From an uncultured Bacteroidota bacterium (GTDB taxonomy: Bacteria; Bacteroidota; Bacteroidia; AKYH767-A; OLB10): 64,000 nt of DNA. How positions within the stretch are numbered: the first letter of the stretch is position 1; each line of letters opens with the position of its first letter. Under the pieces are notes generated by a model. It did not search any database. It saw nothing but the letters and a program-made list of their open reading frames with translations, and was not told where the DNA came from. The DNA lies in contig CAADHD010000017.1 of assembly GCA_900696575.1 (NCBI GenBank), positions 824-64,823 of the forward strand, written 5' to 3'. A program made the position numbers and the translations under genes. Positions 27,968 through 38,129 of the stretch are shown piece after piece.

Positions 27968-29125
27968 ATGGATAAACTGAAAGCCCTTTTGCTGAACAGG
28001 TATTTTGTATTTGCAGTTTATACCCTGTTTGCTGTAGCTGCTGCGATAGGGCAGATGATGAAAGCAAAGCCCGGTGATACTTTCAGCCGCTATAACAATT
28101 ACCTCATCTTTAAAGAATCATTTACTAACCTGAAGAACGGGGTTAACATGTATGTGCCTCATCCCGAACAGCATTATGACCTGTATAAATACAGCCCTTC
28201 ATTTGCCGTACTGTTTGCACCTTTCGGATGGTTGAATGATACGGCAGGTCTTATCCTGTGGAACCTGCTCAATGCCTTGCCGCTGCTGCTGGCCGTGTTT
28301 CTTATTCCGTATGACGGAGACAAAAAGAAAATCTATGTGTTGTGGTTCATTGTGCTTGAACTGATGACCAACATGCAGAATTCGCAAAGCAACGGTTTAA
28401 TTGCCGCATTGCTTATTGGCGCATTTGTTTCATTCGAAAGGCATAACAACATGATGGCGGCTCTGTTCATCATACTTTCTGTTTACATCAAAGTATTCGG
28501 GTTGCTCATGGCCGTTATGTTTATGGTTTATGAAAAGCGGCAGCAGTTCATGTTGTGGTTTGCCGCATGGGGAATAATAATTTTCATGCTTCCGTTATTG
28601 TTTACCTCTTCGCAGGGATACATAATACAAATGGAAGGATGGATGCATTTGTTGCGGAGTGACCACGGCATTTCCGATGGTATTTCTGTTTTCGGTATTA
28701 TGCATTCGTGGTTTGGCATTGTGCATCTGAAAGGAGCGATATTGATCTTTGGTTTGCTGCTGATGCTTTTGCCCATTCTTTTTATCCGTCATTTTATTTC
28801 CTTCCGATTCAGGCTATGGTATTTTACCTCGCTGTTGGTCTGGTTGGTTATCTTTAATCATCGTGCCGAATCGCCAACATATATCATAGCCACAGCAGGT
28901 GCGGCTTTATGGTATTTTCAGAAAGACCAACCTTCAAGGTTTGAAACCGGAATGATGATTCTGCTCTTTGTGCTGACTGTCCTTTCGCCCACCGATGTAT
29001 TTCCCCGTATTTTAAGAAATGAATGGGTAGTACCTTATTCGCTTAAAGCCTTACCCTGCGTAATCGTGTATTTTAAAATTTTCGCAGATATGATAAGACA
29101 AACACGCTCTGCCCCGCAGCTATGA
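27968..29125 (+). CDS. polytopic membrane protein (DUF2029/GT87-like)
   Basis: ~10 TM segments. Sequence character resembles GT-C-fold mannosyltransferase-like proteins. Confidence 0.35.
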   Translation: MDKLKALLLNRYFVFAVYTLFAVAAAIGQMMKAKPGDTFSRYNNYLIFKESFTNLKNGVNMYVPHPEQHYDLYKYSPSFAVLFAPFGWLNDTAGLILWNLLNALPLLLAVFLIPYDGDKKKIYVLWFIVLELMTNMQNSQSNGLIAALLIGAFVSFERHNNMMAALFIILSVYIKVFGLLMAVMFMVYEKRQQFMLWFAAWGIIIFMLPLLFTSSQGYIIQMEGWMHLLRSDHGISDGISVFGIMHSWFGIVHLKGAILIFGLLLMLLPILFIRHFISFRFRLWYFTSLLVWLVIFNHRAESPTYIIATAGAALWYFQKDQPSRFETGMMILLFVLTVLSPTDVFPRILRNEWVVPYSLKALPCVIVYFKIFADMIRQTRSAPQL

Positions 29126-29686
29126 GTATTGAGGAAACAAGATGTGTTTCTTTATTTGCAATGCCTGAAGCAGATGCCTTTTTACATGGCGGTTATGAAG
29201 CATGAGCGCTTCGCCAATGTTTACATGAATAAAAGAAAAGTTAGGAGGGATAAGGTACCCCGATGAAATATCAGCCTGACTGAATTTTACAGAATATGAT
29301 TTCAATCTTTCCTGCACTTCATAAAATTCTTCAAGGCATACTTTGCCGGTGATGAGGTGATGGGGTATGAAAATGGCAGGAGATTTAAGTTTAATTTTAG
29401 CTTCGGGAGTAATGATTTTAAGAAGGTATTTGCTCAGTATTCCCGGTTGAAACTTATCAGGTGTTCCGGCTTTGAGTTTCTTCTTTGGTATTTTTTCAAA
29501 CTGCCTGAGCCAGTGGGTGCCTGTCATGTTCAGGTGCTGTATGCACTGCGCAATGCTCCAAACCGATGGGCGATATCTCCAGTTGAACTGATCTTCTTCC
29601 AAGTCGGAAAAATGCAATCTGGCGAATGTTGTATTCGTGTCGCATTCTGCCGCGAAGGTTTCTAAAAGACCGGTGCGTGTAATCAT
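29120..29686 (-). CDS. DinB/YfiT-like (DinB_2 family) protein
   Basis: 188 aa. Histidine spacing (WSIAQCIQHL...H) is consistent with the DinB superfamily four-helix bundle. Confidence 0.35.
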   Translation of the reverse strand: MITRTGLLETFAAECDTNTTFARLHFSDLEEDQFNWRYRPSVWSIAQCIQHLNMTGTHWLRQFEKIPKKKLKAGTPDKFQPGILSKYLLKIITPEAKIKLKSPAIFIPHHLITGKVCLEEFYEVQERLKSYSVKFSQADISSGYLIPPNFSFIHVNIGEALMLHNRHVKRHLLQALQIKKHILFPQYS

Positions 29687-31200
29687 TCTTTTTTTACAAA
29701 ACGGTAAGGCATGTAATCAATAAAATCATTCACTTTGATTGTAACGGCAGAAATCCGGTTTGCGTCAACTTCAAATGTAATCTTTTGAATTCCGTAGGTT
29801 ACATCCGAGTAATGGCAAAGAAAATCATTTTCACCCAAAGAAGTGAGTTTTCCTTTAAGTCGCGGATGATATTCAAAACTCATTACCAACATGCCTTTGT
29901 CAATTATTATTTCCATCGTGCCATACACTTCATTCTTAAAAGTGCCGGTGTAACTTTCCAAAGAAAGGGCAGGCGAGGGGTTTGATGCTGCTATTTGTTT
30001 AAGCGAGTCAAGTTGTTTCTGATGTTCTTCTGTTTCCTTCGCATAATTCTGATAAAATATTTCGCTGAGGTTACGGTATGGCAATCCGGCAAAGGCTTCG
30101 GTAAGCTGAAAGGACAAAGCCTGATAAAACTCATTCACATCTGTATTGGTAAGTACCACAAAGCCTGCCTGTTCACCGGGCATCAGTGTGGTAAGGGTAA
30201 CAAAGCCGTTAGCTCCCCCACCGTGTTTGATAACTCTACGTCCGTAATAATCCTCCACAAACCAGCCCAGTCCGTAAGCCGACAGTGTACGGTAAGGAAA
30301 CAGGGGGCTGTTAAGGCTGCGCACCAACATGTTGGCTGCCCAGGTATTAAGAATAACCTGCTTCGGAAAAATTTCCTTGCCGTCAAGCCTGCCGGTGTCA
30401 AGCTGTGTTTTTACCCACTGCGTCATGTCATAAACCGATGAATTGATGGAAGCAGCCGGGCCCAGCGCATCAATATAAGCATAATCAAGCCGCGTTAATT
30501 TATTTTCGAAAAGGGTATAAGGCTTTGCGGCATTGGTTGCTTCGGTTATGCCCTGATAGGTAGTGGAAGATCGGTTCATGCCCATGGGCAGAAAAAAATG
30601 ATATTTTATAAAATCATCCCATGAAGTATCGGTAACGGCAGGAATAATTTCACCGGCTGTAAGGAAACACACATTGCAGTAACCGTATCGCGAGCGGAAA
30701 GGATGCACGGGTTTTACATTGCGCATATTTTCGATAAGCGCATACCTTGTGGCGCGGGCATCCCAATTAAGAAAATCGCTCTGGAAAGTCTGAAAACCGA
30801 TACGGTGACACAGCATATCGCGAATGGTGGCATTTTCAGCCGCATATTCATCATACAGATCGAAGTAGGGGAGGTGCTTTTTCACCCGATCGTTAAGCGA
30901 AAGCTGCTTGCGGTAATCCAGCAACGAAAGCGCTGTTCCGGTAAAGGCTTTTGAATTGGAGGCCACCTGAAACAATGTATGTTCATTTACTTTTTCCTTT
31001 CCACCGGCCTCGGTAGTTCCATAGCCTTTCATGAACACCGTCTGGCCTTTATAAACAACCGATACGGCTACAGCCGGTATTTTCCACCGTTGCATTTCGC
31101 GGTTGATGTAAGTATCGAGGCTGTCTTTTACGAAGGATGGCTGGGCTGTAAGCCGGATGCTGTAAAGCAGGAGAATAATAACGAATAAAAAGGTTCTCAT
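29683..31200 (-). CDS. beta-lactamase-family serine hydrolase with C-terminal extension
   Basis: Signal peptide MRTFLFVIILLLYSIRLTAQ, SxxK motif (ASNSKAF), YxN (YCNV) and an HGG triad element. Confidence 0.7.
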   Translation of the reverse strand: MRTFLFVIILLLYSIRLTAQPSFVKDSLDTYINREMQRWKIPAVAVSVVYKGQTVFMKGYGTTEAGGKEKVNEHTLFQVASNSKAFTGTALSLLDYRKQLSLNDRVKKHLPYFDLYDEYAAENATIRDMLCHRIGFQTFQSDFLNWDARATRYALIENMRNVKPVHPFRSRYGYCNVCFLTAGEIIPAVTDTSWDDFIKYHFFLPMGMNRSSTTYQGITEATNAAKPYTLFENKLTRLDYAYIDALGPAASINSSVYDMTQWVKTQLDTGRLDGKEIFPKQVILNTWAANMLVRSLNSPLFPYRTLSAYGLGWFVEDYYGRRVIKHGGGANGFVTLTTLMPGEQAGFVVLTNTDVNEFYQALSFQLTEAFAGLPYRNLSEIFYQNYAKETEEHQKQLDSLKQIAASNPSPALSLESYTGTFKNEVYGTMEIIIDKGMLVMSFEYHPRLKGKLTSLGENDFLCHYSDVTYGIQKITFEVDANRISAVTIKVNDFIDYMPYRFVKKE

Positions 31201-31444
31201 TGAAATTTTATTTGTGTGTAAAATTAATGGAAATGGGCAAGCAGCTTCCGTAACTGTTTCTGCGTGCATGCGCGGTAATGCTTGTCATGAAACAAAACCT
31301 CTTAGCACTTGCCCTGTAGGCTAAAGAAGAGGTATTCGCCATGATTTTCCTGCCGGAGATGGAGGCATTTTCTGTTTCTATGCTTGTTATGCCGACCAAC
31401 GGGACGAGTCTCCCCACCTCAGCGACCGTGGACCTAAGTCTTGA

Positions 31445-31759
31445 AACAAAGAATATATTGGCTTGCTCAATAAACACGAAATCAAATTTGGCATGACCGA
31501 AAATGGCGACCCACTTGAAAACGCTGTTGCAGAAATAGTAAACTGAATTTTGAAAGAAGAGTATTTATATGCTCAGAAAATAAAATCGGTGAAAGAAGCC
31601 GTTGCAATCAAATTATACAACAGGGAAAGACCTCATTTGAGTATCAGTAAACTCACTCCCGATAAAGTTCATCATGCAAATGAACCAATGAATGTAAAGC
31701 GAGGCCGGAAGAATTATTACCAGAATAATAAACTAACTGTAAACCAATATCAGGACTAA
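31445..31759 (+). pseudogene. IS3-family transposase (integrase-core C-terminal) remnant
   Basis: EYIGLLNKHEIKFGMTENGDPLENAVAEIVN*ILKEEYLY...EAVAIKLYNRERPHLSISKLTP matches the conserved IS3 OrfB tail (...NAVAESFFGTLKTE...YNxxRPHSSLGYLTP). An in-frame TGA falls at the conserved Gly. There is no N-terminal part and no orfA. Confidence 0.6.
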
Positions 31760-32123
31760 AACTAAATTTTTAAATCAATATCAGGATTAACAACAACGAC
31801 TGTAAACTTTTTTCAGGACGTGTTAATAAAAAACAACAGACTGCTAACAGGGGGATTACAATAGCGGGGGTTCCGTGCTTTGCTGACACCTAAGAGCAAG
31901 GTTCAGGTTCAGTTTTCCGTAAAAGTGTAATGCTAAAACTTACATCCATTCAACGAAAAAACTTTGAAACAATGTTTGGCCTGCAAGCCGGAATGAAGGC
32001 ATCAACCTTCAAAGTAATTAGGTTGGGCATGGCGGATATAACTACAGAATGGCTTCTTTTGCATTGTTATATTCGCTGAAACAATTTTTCAAATTTTAAA
32101 CGGATTTTCTGATAATCATCCCT

Positions 32124-32582
32124 ATGGTAAAACTTCAATTCAACATTAAAATCAATGCGACTGCAGACAAAGTTTATGACAAAATGTTGGGCATTTCAAA
32201 CAAAGCTACCTATGAACAATGGACTGCCTTATTCAATCCAACATCTACCTATGATGGCAGTTGGAATAAGGGAAGCAGAATTTTCTTTGTCGGAACGGAT
32301 GAGAAAGGAGAAAAGGGAGGAATGGTTTCTGAGATTGATGATAACATTCCCAACCGTTTTGTTTCCATAAAGCACCTTGGCATTTTAAAGGGTGGAAAAC
32401 AAATTACAGAAGGCCCCGAAGTTGAAAAATGGGCAGGAGGATTGGAAAACTATTCTTTTGAAGAAAGCAACGGCACTACCACCGTTAATGTTGAAATGGA
32501 TTCGGCTGAAGATTATATTGAATACATGAATCAAACTTATCCGAAAGCACTGTGTAAACTGAAGGAAATTTGTGAGGAGTGA
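32124..32582 (+). CDS. SRPBCC/AHSA1-family protein
   Basis: 152 aa with an Activator-of-Hsp90-ATPase-like START/Bet v1 fold signature. Confidence 0.5.
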   Translation: MVKLQFNIKINATADKVYDKMLGISNKATYEQWTALFNPTSTYDGSWNKGSRIFFVGTDEKGEKGGMVSEIDDNIPNRFVSIKHLGILKGGKQITEGPEVEKWAGGLENYSFEESNGTTTVNVEMDSAEDYIEYMNQTYPKALCKLKEICEE

Positions 32583-32641
32583 AATGACAGCAGTGTCTAT
32601 TTACTCCGTGTAAATGCAGTTTCAAGCGGTTACTTGAATTA

Positions 32642-33922
32642 TCATCCTGCCATCACCAGGTAATAATTTTTCTTCCCTTTCTGCACCACTAAATACTTAT
32701 TTCTGATTAGTTGTGTCTTACCAAGCATGGTATTGGCATCAGTGAGTTTTACTTTATTAATGCTTACGCCACCGGCAATAATCATTTTGCGTGCTTCCGC
32801 TTTACTTGGAAATACCGGGGTGTTTACTGCCAGCAGATCAACAACATTAACTTCGTTTTCAAACATATTTTTATTCACCGTAAACTGCGGCACTCCATCC
32901 ATAATGTCAAGTAGTATTTCTTCGCTCAGCGAATTCAGGCTATCTGCTGTTGATTTGCCAAACAAAATTTCTGAAGCTTCCACCGCTTGCTTTAATCCGG
33001 CTTCAGAATGTGTTCGTGCTGTGATATCTTCTGCCAGTGCTTTTTGCAACAGGCGTAAATGCGGCTGCTCTTTATGCAAAGCAATCAGGGCATCGCATTC
33101 TTCTTTTTTCTTTAACGTAAAAATTTTGATATAATTCTCAGCATCCTCATCCGAAGTGTTCAGCCAGAACTGATAATACCGGTAAGGAGAAGTGCGCCCG
33201 GCATCAAGCCATACATTGCCGCTTTCTGTCTTTCCGAACTTGCTTCCATCGGCTTTAGTTAACAGTTTGGTGGTTACGGCATAGGCTTCGCCCTGCTCAA
33301 TTCTTCTGATCAGTTCAGTGCCGGTTACCATATTGCCCCACTGGTCGCTGCCGCCCATCTGAAGCCGGCATCCATATTTCCGGTACAGATGCAGAAAATC
33401 ATATCCTTGAATCAACTGATAAGTAAATTCAGTAAACGAAAGTCCGGTTTCAAGTCTTTTTTGAACCGAATCTTTAGCCATCATATAGCTGATAGTAATA
33501 TGCTTTCCCGTATCACGGATAAAATCAAGCAGTTTGAAATTTTCAAACCAGTCGTAATTATTCACCATTATGGCTCCACGGCTGTCATCAGAGAAATCAA
33601 TAAACTTCTGAAGCTGTTTTTTAATGCCTTCGAGGTTATGATTAATGGCTTCTGCCGAAAGTAAATTACGTTCTTCACTCTTACCTGACGGATCGCCAAC
33701 CATTCCTGTTGCACCGCCAACTAAAGCAATAGGCCTGTGCCCGCAGCGCTGAAAATGCAGCAATGTCATTATCTGAACAAGACTGCCTACATGCAGCGAA
33801 TCGGACGTAGGGTCAAAACCGATATATCCTGACTGGGGTGTTTCCAGAAGTTTATCAGCTCCGGGCATCATGTCATGCAACATGCCGCGCCATCTCAGTT
33901 CTTCAATAAAATTATTCTTCAT
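32642..33922 (-). CDS. tyrS: tyrosine--tRNA ligase
   Basis: HIGH motif (SLHVGSL), KMSKS motif (KFGKT) and a C-terminal S4 domain. Confidence 0.9.
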   Translation of the reverse strand: MKNNFIEELRWRGMLHDMMPGADKLLETPQSGYIGFDPTSDSLHVGSLVQIMTLLHFQRCGHRPIALVGGATGMVGDPSGKSEERNLLSAEAINHNLEGIKKQLQKFIDFSDDSRGAIMVNNYDWFENFKLLDFIRDTGKHITISYMMAKDSVQKRLETGLSFTEFTYQLIQGYDFLHLYRKYGCRLQMGGSDQWGNMVTGTELIRRIEQGEAYAVTTKLLTKADGSKFGKTESGNVWLDAGRTSPYRYYQFWLNTSDEDAENYIKIFTLKKKEECDALIALHKEQPHLRLLQKALAEDITARTHSEAGLKQAVEASEILFGKSTADSLNSLSEEILLDIMDGVPQFTVNKNMFENEVNVVDLLAVNTPVFPSKAEARKMIIAGGVSINKVKLTDANTMLGKTQLIRNKYLVVQKGKKNYYLVMAG

Positions 33923-34033
33923 ATCAGCGAGCGAAGATAAACACGGCATTCAATCATGCTGCAAGAATGCAATTGCAATTGTCTCTATATGACGGTTGAT
34001 AACCATTCACCTACCTTTGAACCTTCAATTATT

Positions 34034-35326
34034 ATGAAATCATTCAGAAAAAAGAGAACAGATAAACCTTCATTCGATAAAAAGCGAAGTAAAAACAAGG
34101 GCGAAAGACCATTCAGGAAATCAGGTAAACCAACTTTTGAAAAAAGACGAGATGAAAGCGGAGGCGAAAGACCATTCAGGAAAACAGGTAAACCAACTTT
34201 TGAAAGAAGACGAGATGAGAGCACAGGCGAAAGACCATTCAGGAAATCAAGTAAACCTGCATTTGAAAGAAAACGAGATGAAAGCGGAGGCGAAAGACCA
34301 TTCAGGAAAACAGGTAAACCAACTTTTGAAAGAAGACGAGATGAGAGCACAGGCGAAAGACCATTCAGGAAATCAGGTAAACCTGCATTTGAAAGAAAAC
34401 GAGATGAAAGCGCAGGTGAAAGACCATTTCGGAAATCAAGTAAACCTGCTTTTGAAAGAAGAGATGAAAGCGCAGGCGATAGACCATTCAGAAAATCTGA
34501 CAAACCTTCTTATCCTAAGAGAAGAGATGACTTCGGTGAGAAGAAGCCATTTAAGAAATCATTTGCTCCACAGCAAAAGCAAACAGAAAGTTCAGGGTTA
34601 ATTCGCCTGAATAAATACATTTCTAACAGCGGAATCTGCAGCAGGAGAGAAGCGGATGAATTAATCAAAGCCGGATTGATTATGGTGAATGGCAAGATTA
34701 TAACTGAAATGGGGACTAAGATTAATGCAGAGGATGAGGTAAAATATAATGGTGAGAAGATGCGCAATGAACGCAAACAATACGTTCTTCTGAATAAACC
34801 TAAAGATTACATCACAACAACAGATGATCCTGAAAACAGGAATACCGTGATGGAACTTATTAAAGGAGCCTGCAAAGAGCGTGTTTATCCTGTCGGCAGG
34901 CTTGACCGTAATACTACTGGGTTGCTTTTGTTTACCAATGACGGTGAACTGGCAAGAGCATTGATGCATCCATCTTCCAACATAAGCAAGTTGTATCATG
35001 TTGAAACAGATAAGCCGGTGCGTTACGAAGATTTAAAAAAGATAGCAGAAGGAATTGAACTGGAAGACGGTATTGCGCACGTAGATGCAGTAGAGTATGA
35101 TCATCCTGCTTTGAAAACACATATTGGTTTGCAGATTCACGAAGGCAGAAACCGTATTGTACGCAGAATCTTCGAAACGCTCGGTTATGAGATTCACAAA
35201 TTAGACCGTACCATGTTTGCAGGATTAACCAAAAAAGACCTTCCGCGCGGGCGTTGGCGCCATCTCAGCGAGATGGAAATAAATATGCTTAAAATGATTA
35301 CCGGGCGGAAGGCTAAAAAAGATTAA
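34034..35326 (+). CDS. rluB: RluB/RsuA-family rRNA pseudouridine synthase with an N-terminal basic tandem-repeat extension
   Basis: S4 domain (IRLNKYISNSGICSRREADELIKAG) and catalytic region (YPVGRLDRNTTGLLLFTNDG). The N-terminus carries ~8 x 21-aa repeats of (GERPFRKTGKPTFERRRDES). Confidence 0.8.
   Translation: MKSFRKKRTDKPSFDKKRSKNKGERPFRKSGKPTFEKRRDESGGERPFRKTGKPTFERRRDESTGERPFRKSSKPAFERKRDESGGERPFRKTGKPTFERRRDESTGERPFRKSGKPAFERKRDESAGERPFRKSSKPAFERRDESAGDRPFRKSDKPSYPKRRDDFGEKKPFKKSFAPQQKQTESSGLIRLNKYISNSGICSRREADELIKAGLIMVNGKIITEMGTKINAEDEVKYNGEKMRNERKQYVLLNKPKDYITTTDDPENRNTVMELIKGACKERVYPVGRLDRNTTGLLLFTNDGELARALMHPSSNISKLYHVETDKPVRYEDLKKIAEGIELEDGIAHVDAVEYDHPALKTHIGLQIHEGRNRIVRRIFETLGYEIHKLDRTMFAGLTKKDLPRGRWRHLSEMEINMLKMITGRKAKKD
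34099..34520 (+). repeat. ~63-bp coding tandem repeat array (~7-8 units)
   Basis: Repeating ggcgaaagaccattcaggaaa(t/a)caggtaaacc(a/t)(a/g)ctt ttgaaagaagacgagatgaaagc units. They are in frame and encode an Arg/Lys-rich low-complexity N-terminus of rluB. Confidence 0.85.
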
Positions 35327-35332
35327 TCTGAT

Positions 35333-36556
35333 TTAATAGGTGGTTAAATGGCCGATTATTTTTTCAATTGCCCCTGCCCGCTCTGCAACATAATTTCTCT
35401 GACCAATTTTCAACTCTGATAATGAGTTGCTCTCATTCAATTTGTCAAATACAGATTTCAATTCTTCCGTTGAACTGACAGTAAACCCGGTTCCATTTTT
35501 AATCATCGCTTTTGCTTCCGGATTTTTATCTATGCGGTTTCCGAAAATTACAGGCAGTCCGTAAGCAGCCGGTTCAAGGATGTTATGCAATCCTCTTCCC
35601 AATCCTCCGCCTACATAAGCTGTATCACCATATTGATAAGCAGATGAAAGCATGCCGATGTTGTCAATAATCATAACATCATTTTCAGTGTTGTTGAGTT
35701 TTGAATACCGCACCGTTTTTTTTCTGATTCCGGAAATTAAAAAGCTGATATGCGATTCGCTGATTTCATGAGGAACAATAATAAATTTCCAGTCATCTTT
35801 AGAATGATTGATCATATCGAAAAGCAGTTTCTCATCTTCAGGCCAGGTACTACCGGCAATGAAAACTTTTTTGCCTGAACTGAACTTTGCTATTTCGGGA
35901 AACTGTTTTGGATTGGAAGCAATCTCCATTACTCTGTCATAACGTGTATCTCCGCTGACGGAACAGTTTTTTATTCCGGCATGGAAACAGAGTTGAAGGG
36001 AATTTTCATCCTGAACAAAAATATGTTTGGCTTTTCTGAGCATGGCCCGGAAAAACCTTCCATACCCTTTAAAGAAGATCTGATTCTTCCTGAAACGTGC
36101 AGAGATAAAATAAAGCGGTATGTTTCTGATGTATAGTTCGTGGATGTAAAAGTGCCAGAATTCATACTTGATGAAAAAAACCATTTCCGGTTTTATCATA
36201 TTCAGAAACCGTCTGGCATTGGCCGGACCATCGGCCGGCAAGTAAAAAACATAATCAGCCAAAGAAGTATTCTTCTTCAATTCATAACCGGAAGGGGAGA
36301 AGAAGGTCAGAATGAATTTATGTGATGGATATTTCTGTTTCAGTTTTTTGATAAGCGGAACTGCCTGTTCAAATTCGCCAAGCGATGCACAATGAAACCA
36401 GATTCGTTTTGAAGAATCCTTCCCGAGCTTATTTTCAATCTTTTCAAAAATCCTTTTTCTTCCTTTAATCCATAACGCAGCTTTATTGTTAAAAGGAGAT
36501 ACAAGCCAAATCAGAAACGAATAAAGTTTAACGGCAATCAGGTAAATCCACTGCAT
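35333..36556 (-). CDS. waaA: 3-deoxy-D-manno-octulosonic acid (KDO) transferase
   Basis: ~408 aa with WFHCASLGEFEQAVPLIKKLK, typical of KdtA/WaaA. Confidence 0.8.
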   Translation of the reverse strand: MQWIYLIAVKLYSFLIWLVSPFNNKAALWIKGRKRIFEKIENKLGKDSSKRIWFHCASLGEFEQAVPLIKKLKQKYPSHKFILTFFSPSGYELKKNTSLADYVFYLPADGPANARRFLNMIKPEMVFFIKYEFWHFYIHELYIRNIPLYFISARFRKNQIFFKGYGRFFRAMLRKAKHIFVQDENSLQLCFHAGIKNCSVSGDTRYDRVMEIASNPKQFPEIAKFSSGKKVFIAGSTWPEDEKLLFDMINHSKDDWKFIIVPHEISESHISFLISGIRKKTVRYSKLNNTENDVMIIDNIGMLSSAYQYGDTAYVGGGLGRGLHNILEPAAYGLPVIFGNRIDKNPEAKAMIKNGTGFTVSSTEELKSVFDKLNESNSLSELKIGQRNYVAERAGAIEKIIGHLTTY

Positions 36557-36558
36557 GT

Positions 36559-37311
36559 TCAGTAGAAATAAAACTTTTGCGGAGCGCGTCTGTAAACAGG
36601 CAGCATCCATCCGGCACGGATCCCGAACAGCAGATCCACCCGTTTGGTTTCATCCTTTTTCATTTCATCAAAATTGTAACTGCGCCTGTTTTCGGTAAAT
36701 GCCTGAATAAATTCGAAGCCTGCATAAAAGTTGATGAGATGCTTGTTTCCGAAATGATAATAGCCGATCATTTCATGCAGCGACAAACCGTTGCTCAGCC
36801 TGTCATATCCTTTTTTGTATTCTTTATCCAATTGTGGAACGGTATTGCCGATGGTTTCAATTCTGATTTTATGCTGTAGCAATCCGGCACCACCCATGAG
36901 AATTATTCCTGAATTTGGATTCGGTTTATTCCATGACAACATTTTACCTGCCGACAATGAGCAATGAAAACCTCTTTCAAAAAAACGGATATCGGCAAAC
37001 AATCCGTCCTTGTCAACAATTCCGCCACCTTCGCCCTGCAACGCACGGAGCATATTATTCTCCTTCACCTGATTTCCGAAAAGGAATCCGCCATTTGCAC
37101 CCAACAGCAAATTTGATTTCAGTTTGAAATAATAACTTCCTTCAATCATGCTGTTCCATCCGAACCGGTCGGCCAGATCACCGGCCGGCAGTTGAAAAGA
37201 GTAGCCGATGCCAACTATATGCATGTTGATGCTCGAATCTCGGATGCTTACCTGCGAATGAGATTCTGATACAGCGGATAGCAGGAAACAGAATGCAAAC
37301 AGTCTTTTCAT
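36559..37311 (-). CDS. putative outer-membrane beta-barrel protein (hypothetical)
   Basis: Signal peptide MKRLFAFCFLLSAVSESHSQ, alternating amphipathic strands and a C-terminal aromatic ...FYFY. Confidence 0.4.
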   Translation of the reverse strand: MKRLFAFCFLLSAVSESHSQVSIRDSSINMHIVGIGYSFQLPAGDLADRFGWNSMIEGSYYFKLKSNLLLGANGGFLFGNQVKENNMLRALQGEGGGIVDKDGLFADIRFFERGFHCSLSAGKMLSWNKPNPNSGIILMGGAGLLQHKIRIETIGNTVPQLDKEYKKGYDRLSNGLSLHEMIGYYHFGNKHLINFYAGFEFIQAFTENRRSYNFDEMKKDETKRVDLLFGIRAGWMLPVYRRAPQKFYFY

Positions 37312-37316
37312 GTTGT

Positions 37317-38129
37317 TTAAATCTGCTTCAGCAATTCTGTAACTATGGAGCTTACTTTCTTCTCTGCTTCCTGTGCAACTTTCAATACTTCTTCGTGGGT
37401 AATCACTTCAAGCTGTTCGCCACCGCCTATATCAGTTATAATAGAAATACCGAAACAGGGCATGCCCATGTGGCGTGCAACAATCACTTCAGGAACGGTA
37501 CTCATTCCTACGGCATCAGCGCCTATGGTACGTATGAAACGGTATTCGGCACGTGTTTCAAAGCAAGGGCCTGTAACTGCAGAGTAAACTCCTGTGTGGC
37601 AACGATAGCCGGCCTCATCGGCAATGGCTTTTGCTTTTTTGATAAGGGTTTTATCATACGGCTCGCTCATGTCAGGAAAACGGGGGCCAAGCCTGTCATC
37701 ATTTGATCCGATAAGCGGATTCACACCCATCAGATTTATCTGGTCATCAATAATCATCAAATCGCCCACTCTGAATTGCGGATTTACTCCACCGCTGGCA
37801 TTTGAAACAATCAGCAGGTTGGCTCCGAAATATTTTAGTACCCTTACAGAAAAGGAAAGTTCCTGCATGGTATAGCCTTCGTAAAAGTGAAATCGCCCTT
37901 GCAGGGCAGCTACTTTTTTACCGCTCAGTTCGCCAAGAATGAGTTTGCTGCCATGTCCTTTAACGGTCGAAACAGGAAAGTTTGGTATCTCTGTGTACGG
38001 AATTTCAAATTGCTTGTTGATTTTATCAGTCAATCCTCCTAATCCGCTGCCAAGAATGATGGCTACATCGGGAGTAAAAGATGTTTTTGATTTAAGCCAT
38101 GAAACGGTTTCGTTAATTTTTTCGAGCAT
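37317..38129 (-). CDS. purine-nucleoside phosphorylase (PNP/MTAP family 1)
   Basis: 270 aa with AIILGSGLGGL ... SVRVLKYFGANLLIVSNASGGVN, typical of PunA-type PNP. Confidence 0.8.
   Translation of the reverse strand: MLEKINETVSWLKSKTSFTPDVAIILGSGLGGLTDKINKQFEIPYTEIPNFPVSTVKGHGSKLILGELSGKKVAALQGRFHFYEGYTMQELSFSVRVLKYFGANLLIVSNASGGVNPQFRVGDLMIIDDQINLMGVNPLIGSNDDRLGPRFPDMSEPYDKTLIKKAKAIADEAGYRCHTGVYSAVTGPCFETRAEYRFIRTIGADAVGMSTVPEVIVARHMGMPCFGISIITDIGGGEQLEVITHEEVLKVAQEAEKKVSSIVTELLKQI

Noticed and set aside
31208-31477. 89-aa minus-strand ORF near the IS remnant
   Set aside because: No motifs. It overlaps the degenerate transposase fragment region and the start of the beta-lactamase-family gene. 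Likely spurious.
34099-34520. Possible CRISPR array (regular ~63-bp periodicity)
   Set aside because: The units are contiguous with no unique spacers. They are in frame and translated as part of rluB.
33985-34601. Long ORFs on both the antisense (33985-34503) and an alternate sense frame (34137-34601) overlapping the rluB repeat region
   Set aside because: These are artefacts of the 63-bp tandem repeat, which keeps several frames open. The frame continuous with the S4 and pseudouridine-synthase domains is the real gene.
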